This document shows, in pieces, positions 1 to 10,715 of a stretch of 64,000 nt of DNA; positions within the stretch are counted from its first letter, which is position 1, and the number at the start of each line of letters is the position of its first letter. The translations under genes were made by a program, and so were the position numbers. The notes beneath the pieces were generated by a model. It was not told the origin of the DNA. It did not search any database and saw nothing but the letters and a program-made list of their open reading frames with translations. Source of the DNA: Phyllobates terribilis (lineage: Eukaryota); contig NW_027362761.1 in the NCBI RefSeq assembly GCF_046119375.1, positions 775,930,001 to 775,994,000 on the forward strand. The letters run 5' to 3'.

Positions 1-11
1 CAGTCGCCTCC

Positions 12-3000
12 GTGGATGGAAGACTTCTCTCGGAGACCATCCTGCTCGTCACCGAACCCATAACCCTGCAGGTGGGAATGCTGCACTCTGAGGAGATCTC
101 ATTCCATGTGCTGTCCGGACTTTCTCACTCCCTGTTGCTAGGTCTACCTTGGCTCCAGACACATGAACCCGTATTGAACTGGCGGTCCGGTGAAGTACTC
201 CGATGGGGTCCTGACTGCCATAGGACCTGCTTGGTCCCGGTCCGTCCACTTCGCCCTCTGCCTACTCCAGCTAACTTACCTGGTCTCCCGGCTCCCTACT
301 GGCCCTATGCGGATGTCTTCGTTAAGAAGGAAGCTGAGACGTTGCTACCCCATAGGCCATACGATTGCCCGATCGACCTGGTACCTGGCACCACTCCTCC
401 CCGTGGGCGTATCTACCCGTTGTCTGCAGCCGAGACCCGAGCCATGTCTGAGTACATTGAAGAGAATCTGGCTAGGGGATTTATCCGAAAATCTACCTCC
501 CTGGCTGGAGCCGGATTCTTCTTTGTCAAAAAGAAAGACGGCTCGCTACGTCCCTGTATTGACTACAGAGGACTCAATCTCATCACGGTAAAAAACAAAT
601 ATCCCCTGCCACTCATCTCCGAATTGTTTGACCGTCTCAAGGGCGCCAGGATCTTCTCCAAGCTGGATCTACGAGGAGCGTATAATCTGGTCCGTATCCG
701 TCAAGGAGACGAGTGGAAGACGGCATTCAATACCCGGGACGGTCACTACGAGTACCTTGTGATGCCCTTCGGTCTCTGTAATGCTCCCGCGGTCTTTCAG
801 GAACTAGTCAACGACATCTTCCGTGACCTCCTGTACTCCTGCGTAGTGGTATACCTGGACGATATCTTGGTCTTCTCTCCGGATCTCCCCACACACCGGA
901 GGGATGTTCGTCAGGTCCTGCTTAGGCTTCGGCAGAACCACCTTTACGCCAAATACGAGAAGTGCCTCTTCGATCAGACCTCCCTTCCGTTCTTGGGCTA
1001 TGTCATCTCCCAAACAGGTCTGCAAATGGATCCCGAGAAGCTCTCTTCCGTTCTAAAATGGCCTCGTCCTGAAGGTTTGAAGGCGATACAGCGATTCCTG
1101 GGCTTCGCTAATTATTATCGTCTTTTCATCCCACACTTCTCGTCTCGGACTGCTCCCATATTTGCACTTACCCGTAAGGGGGCTAACCCCAGGACATGGT
1201 CGCCTGAAGCCGAGGAGGCCTTCCTTTCCCTAAAGAAAGCCTTCGCCTCTGCTCCCGTCCTGCACCGTCCGGACTGTAATAAACAATTCTACCTGGAGGT
1301 TGATGCCTCCTCCTCCGGAGCCGGAGCGGTGCTCACCCAGAAGTCTTCTACCGGGAGAATGGTAACGTGCGGCTTCTTCTCCAAAATCTTCTCCTCGTCG
1401 GAGCGCAACTACTCCATTGGAGACCGGGAATTGCTAGCCATCAAATTGGCACTGGGAGAGTGGCGCTATCTGCTTGAAGGGGCTCTCTACCAGGTAATTA
1501 TCTACACGGATCACAAAAACCTGGCATATCTCCAAAATGCCCAGAGACTCAATCCTCGCCAGGCCCGGTGGTCGTTGTTTTTTGCCCGCTTCGACTTCAT
1601 TCTTCATTTCCGTCCGGCGGACAAGAACGTCAAAGCTGATGCCTTGTCCCGGTCCTTCCTGTCCTCCGATCAAGAGGAGGAACCTACGCACATCATCGAC
1701 TCCTCCAAGGTGATGAATGTGGCCCCCTTGGATCTGACTCGTCTTCCACCCGGTAAGACGTTCGTAGCTGTGCCAGATCGGGAGAGGGTTCTTCGCTGGG
1801 GACATTCTTCTAAACTAGCTGGCCATGCTGGCCAAAAGAAGACCTTCCAACTTATTACCCGGCATTACTGGTGGCCTACCCTGCGTAAGGACGTGGTAGA
1901 CTTCGTCGCGGCCTGTTCATCCTGTGCCCGTAACAAAGTTCCCCGACATCTACCTGCCGGCCATCTCTTGCCCCTTCCCGTACCTGCTGCTCCTTGGCAA
2001 CACATCGCTATGGACTTTTTCACCGACCTTCCAGTTTCTGCCGGTTGCACTGTCATTTGGGTTGTCGCTGACCGTTTTTCTAAGATGGCCCACTTCATTC
2101 CCCTGCCTGGTCTTCCGTCTGCACCCGAGCTGGCTAAAGACTTTATCCGCCACATCTTCCGTCTCCATGGTCTGCCCCTCCACATCGTGTCGGATCGTGG
2201 GGTTCAGTTCACCTCTCGCTTCTGGAGAGCCACATGTAAGCTGCTGGACATTACCCTGGATTTCTCCTCCGCTTACCACCCTCAGTCCAATGGTCAAGTG
2301 GAGCGGATCAATCAGATCTTGTCCAGCTACCTCCGGCACTTCGTTGATGCTCACCACTCGGACTGGGTGGATCTCCTACCATGGGCCGAGTTCTCTTATA
2401 ACAACCATGAGAGCGAGTCCTCTTCTAAATCCCCGTTCTTTATAGTCAGTGGCCAACATCCCCGGATTCCACTTCCTGTCTCCGTTTCTGTGGACAACCC
2501 TGCTGCGGAGTCTCTTGTCAGCGAATTTTCTACTATTTGGGAGAGCACCAGGTCCGCTCTTCTTCTCTCCTCTGAGCGGATGAAGAGATATGCTGATAAG
2601 AGACGTCTGGATCCGCCCCAATTCCGTCCGGGAGACAAGGTTTGGCTCTCATCCAAACATGTGCAGCTCAAAGTACCCTCCTACAAGTTGGGTCCTCGAT
2701 TCATCGGCCCCTTCGAAGTCCTCAGGCAAATTAACCCTGTGGCCTACAAATTAAAACTCCCGGCCACCCTACGGATCCCCAACTCCTTCCACGTATCTCT
2801 CCTCAAACCCGTTGTCTTTAACTTTTTTTCAAAAAATCCAGGTGCCCCTCCTGCTCCGGTTTCTGCTGATGACATCTTTGAGGTAGAGAGTATTCTGGCC
2901 TCCAAGAGGGTAAGAGGAAAAACCTTTTTTCTGGTAGATTGGAAGGGGTTTGGTCCTGAGGAGAGAACTTGGGAACCCAGGGAGAACATCAACGCCCCGC

Positions 3001-3218
3001 TTCTCCTTGAGAAATTTCTTTCTGGCCAAAAAAAGAGGGGGCCTAAAGGGGGGGGTACTGCAGCATCAGCGTCTCTGCCCCGTTCTAGGCAGAGACGCCG
3101 TCCCTCTCACCTCCCCGCTCCTGGCGCGGCGTCCTCCAGCGCTGCTCTCCCCGCTGCTTCCGGCACGCGCTCCTTCCCCGGCAGTGTGCTTAGGGCGCGC
3201 GCGCTCCCCCTCTCTTAA
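12..3218 (+). CDS. pol: Pol polyprotein, 3' part (end of protease, RT, RNase H, integrase, chromodomain). The Met at 12 is not the real start.
   Basis: LLLGLPWL, RT motifs FSKLDLRGAY, MPFGLCNAP and YLDD, RNase H EVDASSSGAGAVL and TDHKNL, integrase HHCC (GHSSKLAGH...CSSC), MDF/SDRG/E core, GPF motif, chromodomain FEVESIL...FLVDWKGFGPEERTWEP. No internal stop. Confidence 0.95.
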   Translation: MDGRLLSETILLVTEPITLQVGMLHSEEISFHVLSGLSHSLLLGLPWLQTHEPVLNWRSGEVLRWGPDCHRTCLVPVRPLRPLPTPANLPGLPAPYWPYADVFVKKEAETLLPHRPYDCPIDLVPGTTPPRGRIYPLSAAETRAMSEYIEENLARGFIRKSTSLAGAGFFFVKKKDGSLRPCIDYRGLNLITVKNKYPLPLISELFDRLKGARIFSKLDLRGAYNLVRIRQGDEWKTAFNTRDGHYEYLVMPFGLCNAPAVFQELVNDIFRDLLYSCVVVYLDDILVFSPDLPTHRRDVRQVLLRLRQNHLYAKYEKCLFDQTSLPFLGYVISQTGLQMDPEKLSSVLKWPRPEGLKAIQRFLGFANYYRLFIPHFSSRTAPIFALTRKGANPRTWSPEAEEAFLSLKKAFASAPVLHRPDCNKQFYLEVDASSSGAGAVLTQKSSTGRMVTCGFFSKIFSSSERNYSIGDRELLAIKLALGEWRYLLEGALYQVIIYTDHKNLAYLQNAQRLNPRQARWSLFFARFDFILHFRPADKNVKADALSRSFLSSDQEEEPTHIIDSSKVMNVAPLDLTRLPPGKTFVAVPDRERVLRWGHSSKLAGHAGQKKTFQLITRHYWWPTLRKDVVDFVAACSSCARNKVPRHLPAGHLLPLPVPAAPWQHIAMDFFTDLPVSAGCTVIWVVADRFSKMAHFIPLPGLPSAPELAKDFIRHIFRLHGLPLHIVSDRGVQFTSRFWRATCKLLDITLDFSSAYHPQSNGQVERINQILSSYLRHFVDAHHSDWVDLLPWAEFSYNNHESESSSKSPFFIVSGQHPRIPLPVSVSVDNPAAESLVSEFSTIWESTRSALLLSSERMKRYADKRRLDPPQFRPGDKVWLSSKHVQLKVPSYKLGPRFIGPFEVLRQINPVAYKLKLPATLRIPNSFHVSLLKPVVFNFFSKNPGAPPAPVSADDIFEVESILASKRVRGKTFFLVDWKGFGPEERTWEPRENINAPLLLEKFLSGQKKRGPKGGGTAASASLPRSRQRRRPSHLPAPGAASSSAALPAASGTRSFPGSVLRARALPLS

Positions 3219-4169
3219 AGGGACCGCGCGCGCCGTCCTAAGGAGTCCCCAGCCAATTGCCGGAGGACCTCCCATATAAAAGGCACCTCCTCCAAAATGG
3301 AGGTGCCCGAGCAATGTTGTAGCACTGTTCACTACTCTGCTTCAGCCCTTAGGTCCCGTTGCCAGTTACCTGCCAGATACCTGCCAGATTCCTGCCAGTC
3401 TGCTGTCTAATTCCTGCCTGATATCCTGCTACCTGCCTGCTAGCCTGAGGTCCGACGGTCTGCCTTCCAACTTCTGTCAGTCTGTCTAAGGACCAGCTTG
3501 CCCGCTCACCTGGGAGCGCACATCTTCTACCTGCCTGCTTGCCTGAGGTCCGACGGTCTGCCTTCCAACTTCTGTCAGTCTGTCTAAGGACCAGCTTGCC
3601 CGCTCACCTGGGAGCGCACATCTTCTACCTGCCTGCTTGCCTGAGGTCCGACGGTCTGCCTTCCAAACTCCTGTCAGTCTGTCTAAGGACCAGCTTGCCC
3701 GCTCACCTGGGAGCGCTCATCTGCTGCCTGTCTGCTAGCCTACCAGGAGGCTCTGCCGTCACGTGCTGTGACCACCCGCCTGTCCAGAGACTCCTGCCCG
3801 CTCACCTGGGAGCGCTCATCTGCTACCTGTCTGTTGGTCTTCCTGGAGGCTCCACCGTCACATGCTGTGACCACCCGATTATCCAGAGACTCTCGCCTGC
3901 TCACCTGGGAGCTCACGTCTATCATCTGCCGCCACAGGTCGTACCAATCCTTTACCCAGAGACTGCCCCGGTCACTTGCCTTGACCTCCTGCCCGTTCAT
4001 CCAGAGACTGCCCCGGTCACTTGCCGTGACCTCCTGCCCGTTCATCCAGAGACTGCCCCGGTCACTTGCTGTGACTGCCTGCCCGTCTACCCTGGTCGCC
4101 ACCCGCTCCCTTACAAGGACCGCCCCCTTGTATAGTAGCTCAGAGGTTCCGCCTCCCAGACCCGTTACA
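3059..4169 (+). repeat. 3' LTR of element A (1111 bp)
   Basis: Follows PPT plus TAC. Starts TGCAGC (C's LTRs start TGTAGC/TGTAAC) and ends GTTACA. TATA-like CATATAAAA at about 3273. Homologous to the LTRs of C. Confidence 0.93.
3444..3737 (+). repeat. 98-bp tandem repeat x3 inside LTR A
   Basis: CCTGAGGTCCGACGG recurs at 3444, 3542 and 3640. Confidence 0.9.
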
Positions 4170-4407
4170 ACGTAGTGGTATCCCCTTTGGGAGTCATGCC
4201 AAAAACAGAACCCAATACATTCGGACTAATCCACCATTTGTCATATCCAAGGGGCAGGTCAGTAAACGACAAGATCAACGCGGAACCAAGTACAGTAGTA
4301 TATACTGTACCTCCATTTGACAAGGCAATCAGGCGGGTCAAGAAGTTGGGAAGGGGCACCCTAATGGCCAAAACAGACATTGAGGGGGCGTTCCGGTTAC
4401 TTACTAC
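4170..4407 (+). pseudogene. Fragment of a DIRS-order (Ngaro-like) tyrosine-recombinase retrotransposon reverse transcriptase
   Basis: Translation VSPLGVMPKTEPNTFGLIHHLSYPRGRSVNDKI...FDKAIRRVKKLGRGTLMAKTDIEGAFRLL fits the SPLGxVPK...RLIHHLSYP...SVND...AKxDIxxAFR RT pattern from recall. Cut on the left by LTR A and on the right by a MITE. Confidence 0.75.
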
Positions 4408-5968
4408 TAGAGATGAGCGGTGTTCGACTCGAACTGTTCGCCAATCTCAAATTCGAGCTGTTTTGGGCAGTGTTTGAGTCGTTCGACGAACTGGAACGTG
4501 CAAGAGGTGAGCTGAGTTCATTGGACATGAACTCGGCTCATCTGGATGCCATCACAGCAAGACACTGAGGAGCTTCACTGAGGAGCTTCTCAGTGTCTGC
4601 GGCATGGCAAGCTGGATGGCAGCGTTCTGCTATGATCCAGCCTGTCATGTCAATGTAGCAGAGCTGAAGCCGTCCTGGGGACCATGGAAAGGTAAGGATG
4701 AGGTTGGTTTATTATTTTATTTTTATTGCAGGAGATCGTTGGCTTCAGCTGGAATGGGCGATACGGTAAGTAGGGTTTAATTTAGAACATTAAAGGAATG
4801 TGTCTTTATTTCAATTAAGGGACTTTATTCTGGGTGTTTGTGTTTTTTTTACCTTTGACTATGGGGTTAGTAATGGGGGTGTCTTATAGACGCCTCTCCA
4901 TTACTAACCTAGGCTTGATGTCTGCTGGCATTATAAGCTGACATCAACCCCAACCCTATTACCCCACTGCCACCGCTACAAGGCAGTGGGAAGAGCGAGG
5001 CTAAGTGCCAGAATTGGCACATCCTATGGATGCGCCATTTCTGGGGCGGCTGACGGCTGGCGTTTCTAGCCTGGGAGGGGGCCAAATGTCATGGCACCCT
5101 TCCTGGGCTATTAATATCAGCCCCCAGCTGTCTGCCTAGCCTTTGCTAGCTATTAAAATAGGGGGGACCCTACGTCATTTTTTTTGGGGTCCCCCATTTT
5201 AATAGCTAGTAAAGGCTAGGTATTCAGCTGGGGGCTGATATTAGTAGCCTGGGAAGCTCCGTGGGTATTACCCCCTTCCCAGGCTTCAAACATCTGTCCC
5301 AGCCGTCTGCTTAACCTCCGCTAGAGACTAAAATTACGGGGAACCCCACGCCAATTTTTTTTTTAATAAATCCTTTAACACTAAATGACAAGTACAGTAA
5401 CCAACACTGTCACTGTACTTATTATATATGTGACTGACATGTTTCTGTCTATCTAATCTATGTGTGATGCTCTATTCTTTCTGTTCTAAATTGTCGGTAC
5501 CGGTGTATGCCGCTGCTGAATTGCCTGCTTTTCATGTTTCACTGTGAGCACTGTTCCCATCGATTTGGGCAACCACTGTAATGCCACAACCACCATGGCT
5601 GTGGCATTACAGTGAGTGGCAGACAATCCCTCCATGATTGGTGCTCTAAATAGCGCCAGACATGCAGTACGGGGACCCGAGCTCCCGCCGAGCATCTCGA
5701 AAGTACTCGGCGAGCTCCGAGCATCTCGAGTACTGAGATGCTCGGGCGAGTACCGAGCAGTGGCGAGCATGCTCGCTCATCACTTATTAACAGTATCACT
5801 GTGAAAAAATCCAGTTACGCTTTTGGTGCACGAACAGTTATCGAACATAACCTCGAACAGCCGAATTTTTTGCAAATTGTTCGAGTTCGTCGAACGACTC
5901 GAACACCGCCCAAAACAGCTCGAATTTGAGATTGGCGAACAGTTCGAGTCGAACACCGCTCATCTCTA
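4408..5968. mobile_element. Non-autonomous hAT-like element with about 85-bp terminal inverted repeats
   Basis: TAGAGATGAGCGGTGTTCGACTCGAACTGTTCGCCAATCTCAAATTCGAGCTG... at 4408 has its reverse complement ending at 5968. TAGRGATG termini are hAT-like. No matching 8-bp TSD seen. Confidence 0.8.
5570..5785 (-). mobile_element. Inverted copy of the left end of the hAT family found at 15021, lying inside the 4408-5968 element
   Basis: Reverse complement aligns by eye with 15021-15200 (TAGTGATGAGCGAG...CTCGGTACTCGCCCGAGCATCTC...CACTCACTGTAATG). Confidence 0.75.
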
Positions 5969-6431
5969 TTAGTGGCGCTATAATAATAAATAATAATCAT
6001 TACAAAGCTTATTCCTATACTTTGTTAAATACGGACAGTACATGGATGCCATCTGTGTGCTGTACGTGTTTTCCAAGGACTACTAGACTTGTATTGGCCC
6101 TTTTCATCTGTGTTGCCCAAAAATATGGACATGTCTCCATGTGTTTTACACCAACACACGCTCCATGAAAACACACAGAAATGTGAGCAGCATAGATTAT
6201 AATGGGTACGTGTTTCATCCGTGAAAAATCAGGTACAACACATACATGCAATAGAAACGTTTGAATGAGGCCTTAGAGAGTTATTGCAGTAAACTTATCA
6301 GAATAAGCTGTCATGTGTGTTCATGAGGAACAGAACTATTTTAGGCCATCATTTCACTTTTTCTGACCTCAGCCGCTCCTTTTTATTTGCTTTCCCTTTT
6401 TCTCCCTCCTGCTACTTTCCTTTCTCATTAG

Positions 6432-6469
6432 ATTTAAACCAAAGGTGTAATTTGATCCCTGATGGACAG
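6432..6469 (+). other. Candidate 38-nt exon of an unidentified host transcript
   Basis: Long polypyrimidine tract plus TTAG acceptor and a CAG|GTGAGC donor. One open frame, (D)LNQRCNLIPDGQ. No partner exons identified. Confidence 0.3.
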
Positions 6470-6725
6470 GTGAGCGATAGCTGATGCTTAGATGATATAT
6501 ACAGCTTTCTAATTTGTGTTTGAATTTACATTCAGAGTCTGGATACAGATGCATAGCCAGTTCTGCTCTTAGCGGAGAACTGAGTATACTTGTATCCAGT
6601 CTAGGTAATGCTCTGTAAGCGAAACATCGTGAATTTCTAAAGGAAATATTGTAGCAAACTAGCTGAGCAATAATTCATCTGCTGTTTATTCACATATCCA
6701 GCCTTAACCTAAATACTTCAAGCCA

Positions 6726-6866
6726 CCAAGTACGGACCATCATGCACAGATCAGCCTCAGGACTCCTGACCCAAACTCGACAGCCTCATATACAGTATCC
6801 CTATGAGGCTATCGAGTTTGTGTCAAGAGACCCGAAGGCTGTCTGTGCATGATGGTCCGTACTTGG
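6726..6866. repeat. Fold-back inverted repeat, probably the core of a MITE
   Basis: CCAAGTACGGACCATCATGCACAGA...CAGCCTCATA pairs with TATGAGGCT...TCTGTGCATGATGGTCCGTACTTGG. Confidence 0.85.
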
Positions 6867-7531
6867 TCCATGACACACAAATGAATCCTGCCTAAAGATC
6901 ATTGCTTAGACTGCATACATCTGTATTAAACTCCCTGCTGAGAGCAGGACTAGCTATGCACAAGGTTTTCAGCCTGTGGATGAGACAGTGTTATCATTCA
7001 CTGTCAGCAAAATAATAAATGAGTAGAAATGGTGAGGAACTGGAAAATTTATCAGTAAGTTGTATAACTTTACTTTTATATTGTGTCTAAACCTTATTTA
7101 TATAAATATAAAAGCAGTAATCTGCTTTAAAGTGGTTGTCCACTAGTTGGACAACCCCTTCTTCAATGACAAGAAAAAATAAGAAAAACTTATACTCACT
7201 AGGACCGTCCCAGCAATGTCGGGTCCGGCGCTCGTGAGATTATGTCATGTATGTGCTTCAGCCAACCAGTCTAATAGTTTCACAGGGGAAAAGGTAGCCA
7301 TAACCATTAGATCAATATGGGCAACACCTTGCAATTTTGTGTATAAGTTTTTCCAAAATTTCCCCTGAAAGGAAATGTTAGGGGATTTCAACATGTCCGA
7401 TTCTTTCCCAGGAGAGATAAGCGGTCACCAGAAATGTAAGGTGCTTACTCTCCCCTATCATTCAGAATATTGTCACTAAGAACATGCATGTGTATTCAGG
7501 GTGTAGGGGGGTTCAGGAGCAATAGCTGTTA

Positions 7532-8372
7532 GGCTGTGTGCCCACGATGCATTTTTTAAAAACGCATGGTAGAAGGCCTGCCATGTTACCCAATGATAAT
7601 CCGCATGTGCTGTGTACATGCTGCGGAAATTTCCGCTGCGGATTATCATTGCGGAAAAATATGCAGCACTACCAATTATTTTGCGGAAGCGCTGCGTTTT
7701 TGCCGCCATTGACTTGCATTGGAACGCATGTAATCCGCATCACTGGATCTGTACATGCGGATTACATGCGTTTCAATGTGCGGGTGGTACCCGGGTCTGG
7801 AGAAGAGGAGCGTCTCCTCCGTACCCGGGTACCATAGAACCTGTAAAAAAAAGAATAAAATAAAAAATGAACATTATACTTACCTTCTGATGGCCCCCAG
7901 TGTCTTTGTCCTGACTTGCCGGCAGTTCGCAGTGGACTCAAGGACTTGCCATGACGTCATTTAGTCATGTGACGGGTGACGTCATCAGGTCCTTTCAGTG
8001 TACCGCGAGCTGTCGGCAAGCAGAGACGCATCAAATAAAGACTCTGGGGGCCATCAGAAGGTAAGTATAGATTTATTTTTTAACATTCTTTCGGTCACAC
8101 TATATATGCCGTTTGCATGGATTTATATAGTGTGACCTAGTTGTCACAAGCACTTTCCAAGTGATGCTAATCGCTTGGAAAGCGCTTCTCAACCCGCATG
8201 TGGAAATGCAAGTGAAGAACGCTTCACATCCGCATGTTCCTGGCAGGAAAAACGCATGTACAATCCACATGTACAATCTGCATGTACAATCCGCATGCGT
8301 TTTTTCTGCCAGGGAGATGCAGAAACACTCAGGAAAAAATCTGGAGCATTTCTGCATTGTGGGCACATAGCC
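7532..8372. mobile_element. PIF/Harbinger-like MITE, same family as 37116-37816
   Basis: Termini GGCTGTGTGCCCAC...GTGGGCACATAGCC, flanked by TTA and TAA. Confidence 0.8.
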
Positions 8373-9082
8373 TAAGACAAACAAATCTAAAGTGTGACAC
8401 CTTCACATTAGACTAATGAACTGATTGCAGTAATCTATAGTGTGTATTTTAGATAGATAAATTGACATTAGTGATTGACAGCTTAAACATAAGTAAGACT
8501 TATGAAAAATTTCCTTCTTCATGTATGCAAATTGTCTCTTCAGATAGGAAAAGGACTTGCTACTTCCAATAGATGGCACTAAAGTTCAAGTCCTCTTCCT
8601 CTCTAAAGACACAATTTGCATATTTAATTTCCCAGAGGAGCATGCAATGCATTTAAGCCTCCTCATACTGGCATGCCACTCTCCTTAAGGAGAAAACTTA
8701 CCCCTTAGATCCTTCTACATGTAATCTTTTATGTATTCTTCAAAGCATGTTCAACCAAATGGTGTCTTATTACAATATGCACTGCTATTTCAGACAAGAT
8801 AATGAAGATCATAAATAATCACAGCAGATCCCACACTTGTGTGTCTGTTTTGTATATTTCCAAATTTCAAATTGAATAAGAAAAACAAATGCAACAGTAT
8901 AGATAGAAGATGTGACTGATAACACACTGCTTAGAAGAGTAACAATGAGGAGAGAGTACAGCGTTTACTTTAGCTGGGCGTACTCGGTTTGCATGAACAC
9001 AATTATAATTAATTATTGTAATTTTTGATCTTTGCCATGTTACTACTGCAGTACAGTGAGCAGCTATAAAATGTAACCTTAA

Positions 9083-10117
9083 GGCATCATTCAGACATCT
9101 GTGAGTCATGCACATGTTCTGTCTGTTTTTCACGCATAGAGCATGTACCCATTATAGTCTATTGGGCTGTTCATATGTCCATGTTTCTTTGTGAACCATT
9201 CGTCTTCGAAAAAATCACAAAGACATGTCTGCTTTTGATCCAAGTCATGGATCAAAATTACCCATACAAGTCTTTGTGTCCATGAAAATCACATATCAAA
9301 ACTATCCATAAAAGTCTATGGCCCCATGAAAATCATGGATCAAAATTACCCATACAAGTCTGTGGGTCCATGAAAATCATGGTTCAAAATTACCCATACA
9401 AGTCTGTGAATCCATGAAAATCATGGATCAAAATTACCCATACAAGTCTGTGGGTCCATGCAAATCATGGATCAAAATTACCCTAACAAATTTGTGGGTC
9501 CATGCAAATCTTGGATCGAAATTACCCTAACAAGTCTGTGGGTCCATGAAAATCATGGATGAAAATTACCCATACAAGTCTGTAGATCCATGAAAATCAT
9601 GGATTAAAATTACCCATAGAAGTCTGTAGATCCATGAAAATCATGGATTAAAATTACCTATACAAGTCTGTGGGTCCATGCAATTCATGGATCAAAATTA
9701 CCCTAACAAGTCTGTGGGTCCATGCAAATCATGGATCAAAATTACCCATACAAGTCTGTGGGTCCATGAAAATCATGGATCAAAATTACCCATACAAGTC
9801 AGTGGGTCTATGAAAATCATGGATCAAAATTACCAATACAAGTCTGTGAATCCATGAAAATCATGGATCAAAATTACCAATACAAGTCTTTGGCTACGTA
9901 ACAATCATGGACGGCACACATAGCCATCAGTGTGTTGTCCGTGAATAACATTGTAATATATAGGAGAAGCTTTGTAACGTATTTTTTCATGTGTGAAAAT
10001 CAATGATGAAACACTGGTGGTAAAAACTGACACTGACCAAACGCTGATGACACTTGGATCCAAAACACTGGTGATGTTTTTACGCACCTGAAATATCACG
10101 GACGTCTAAATGAGGCC
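9083..10117. mobile_element. PIF/Harbinger-like MITE carrying an expanded internal minisatellite
   Basis: Termini GGCATCATTCAGAC...GTCTAAATGAGGCC, with TAA on both sides (9080-9082, 10118-10120). Confidence 0.8.
9249..9890. repeat. 44-bp tandem repeat, about 14 copies
   Basis: Unit GATCAAAATTACCCATACAAGTCTGTGGGTCCATGAAAATCATG, period 44 (e.g. 9338, 9382). Confidence 0.95.
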
Positions 10118-10548
10118 TAAAGGGAATTGTTCAGGGGAATTTTGCTCTCTTATCTATGAATGTTTTACTGTGAGAAAAGATACTGTAGATGTACATAGTG
10201 CCGGGCTTGGGAAGAAGTGAGTGCCTTCTCCGCGCTTGTCTTAGTCTGATTGATGGATGTCCTTAACACAACATTTTTTTCTACTCCAGTGCCTACTGCA
10301 ATTTTAAAAGTTCTTGGTATCTTTTGGGGAACCTGTAGCCAGGCTAAGCTGCCCCGTGTTGGGAAATACTACCCTATAACGCAATCATTGCTCTGTTTGC
10401 AAGTTGAAACGTTCTAATAATAAGTTCACAGGGAGTCCTGCAAATCCTGTAGATCAGCAGATACCGGCATGAAACATCCTGTGCCTGCTGCTAGGTTAAA
10501 ATGGCCAAAATTAGCAGTTTTCTTGCTTTTTTTATTAGAATATTTACA

Positions 10549-10551
<3 letters not shown>

Positions 10552-10588
<37 letters not shown>
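10552..10588. repeat. (TTA)n microsatellite, about 12 units
   Basis: Direct reading. Confidence 0.95.
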
Positions 10589-10715
10589 GGGTTTTTTTAA
10601 CTGTTGATTAACCATAACGAAACATTATCAAGTATGGGACAGATTCTATGTTAACTATACAAAATAGTTGAAGATAAAAGGGTGGTGGTGGGATTTCATT
10701 ATAAGGGTACATTAA

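Larger units (their letters stand above)
1..4169 (+). mobile_element. Ty3/Gypsy chromovirus LTR retrotransposon A (5' part outside the window)
   Basis: Pol domains in PR-RT-RNaseH-INT-chromodomain order, polypurine tract at about 3028-3055, and 3' LTR 3059-4169 ending in GTTACA. Close relative of element C. Confidence 0.97.

Noticed and set aside
3539-4175. Repetitive ORFs in LTRs (also 20456-21240 and 25981-26641)
   Set aside because: By-products of stop-poor tandem units. They change with unit number between sister LTRs.
4400-5976. 8-bp TSD for the hAT-like element
   Set aside because: The flanks CTTACTAC and TTAGTGGC do not match.
9249-9890. CRISPR-like array
   Set aside because: Head-to-tail 44-bp units with no unique spacers, inside a MITE in eukaryotic DNA.
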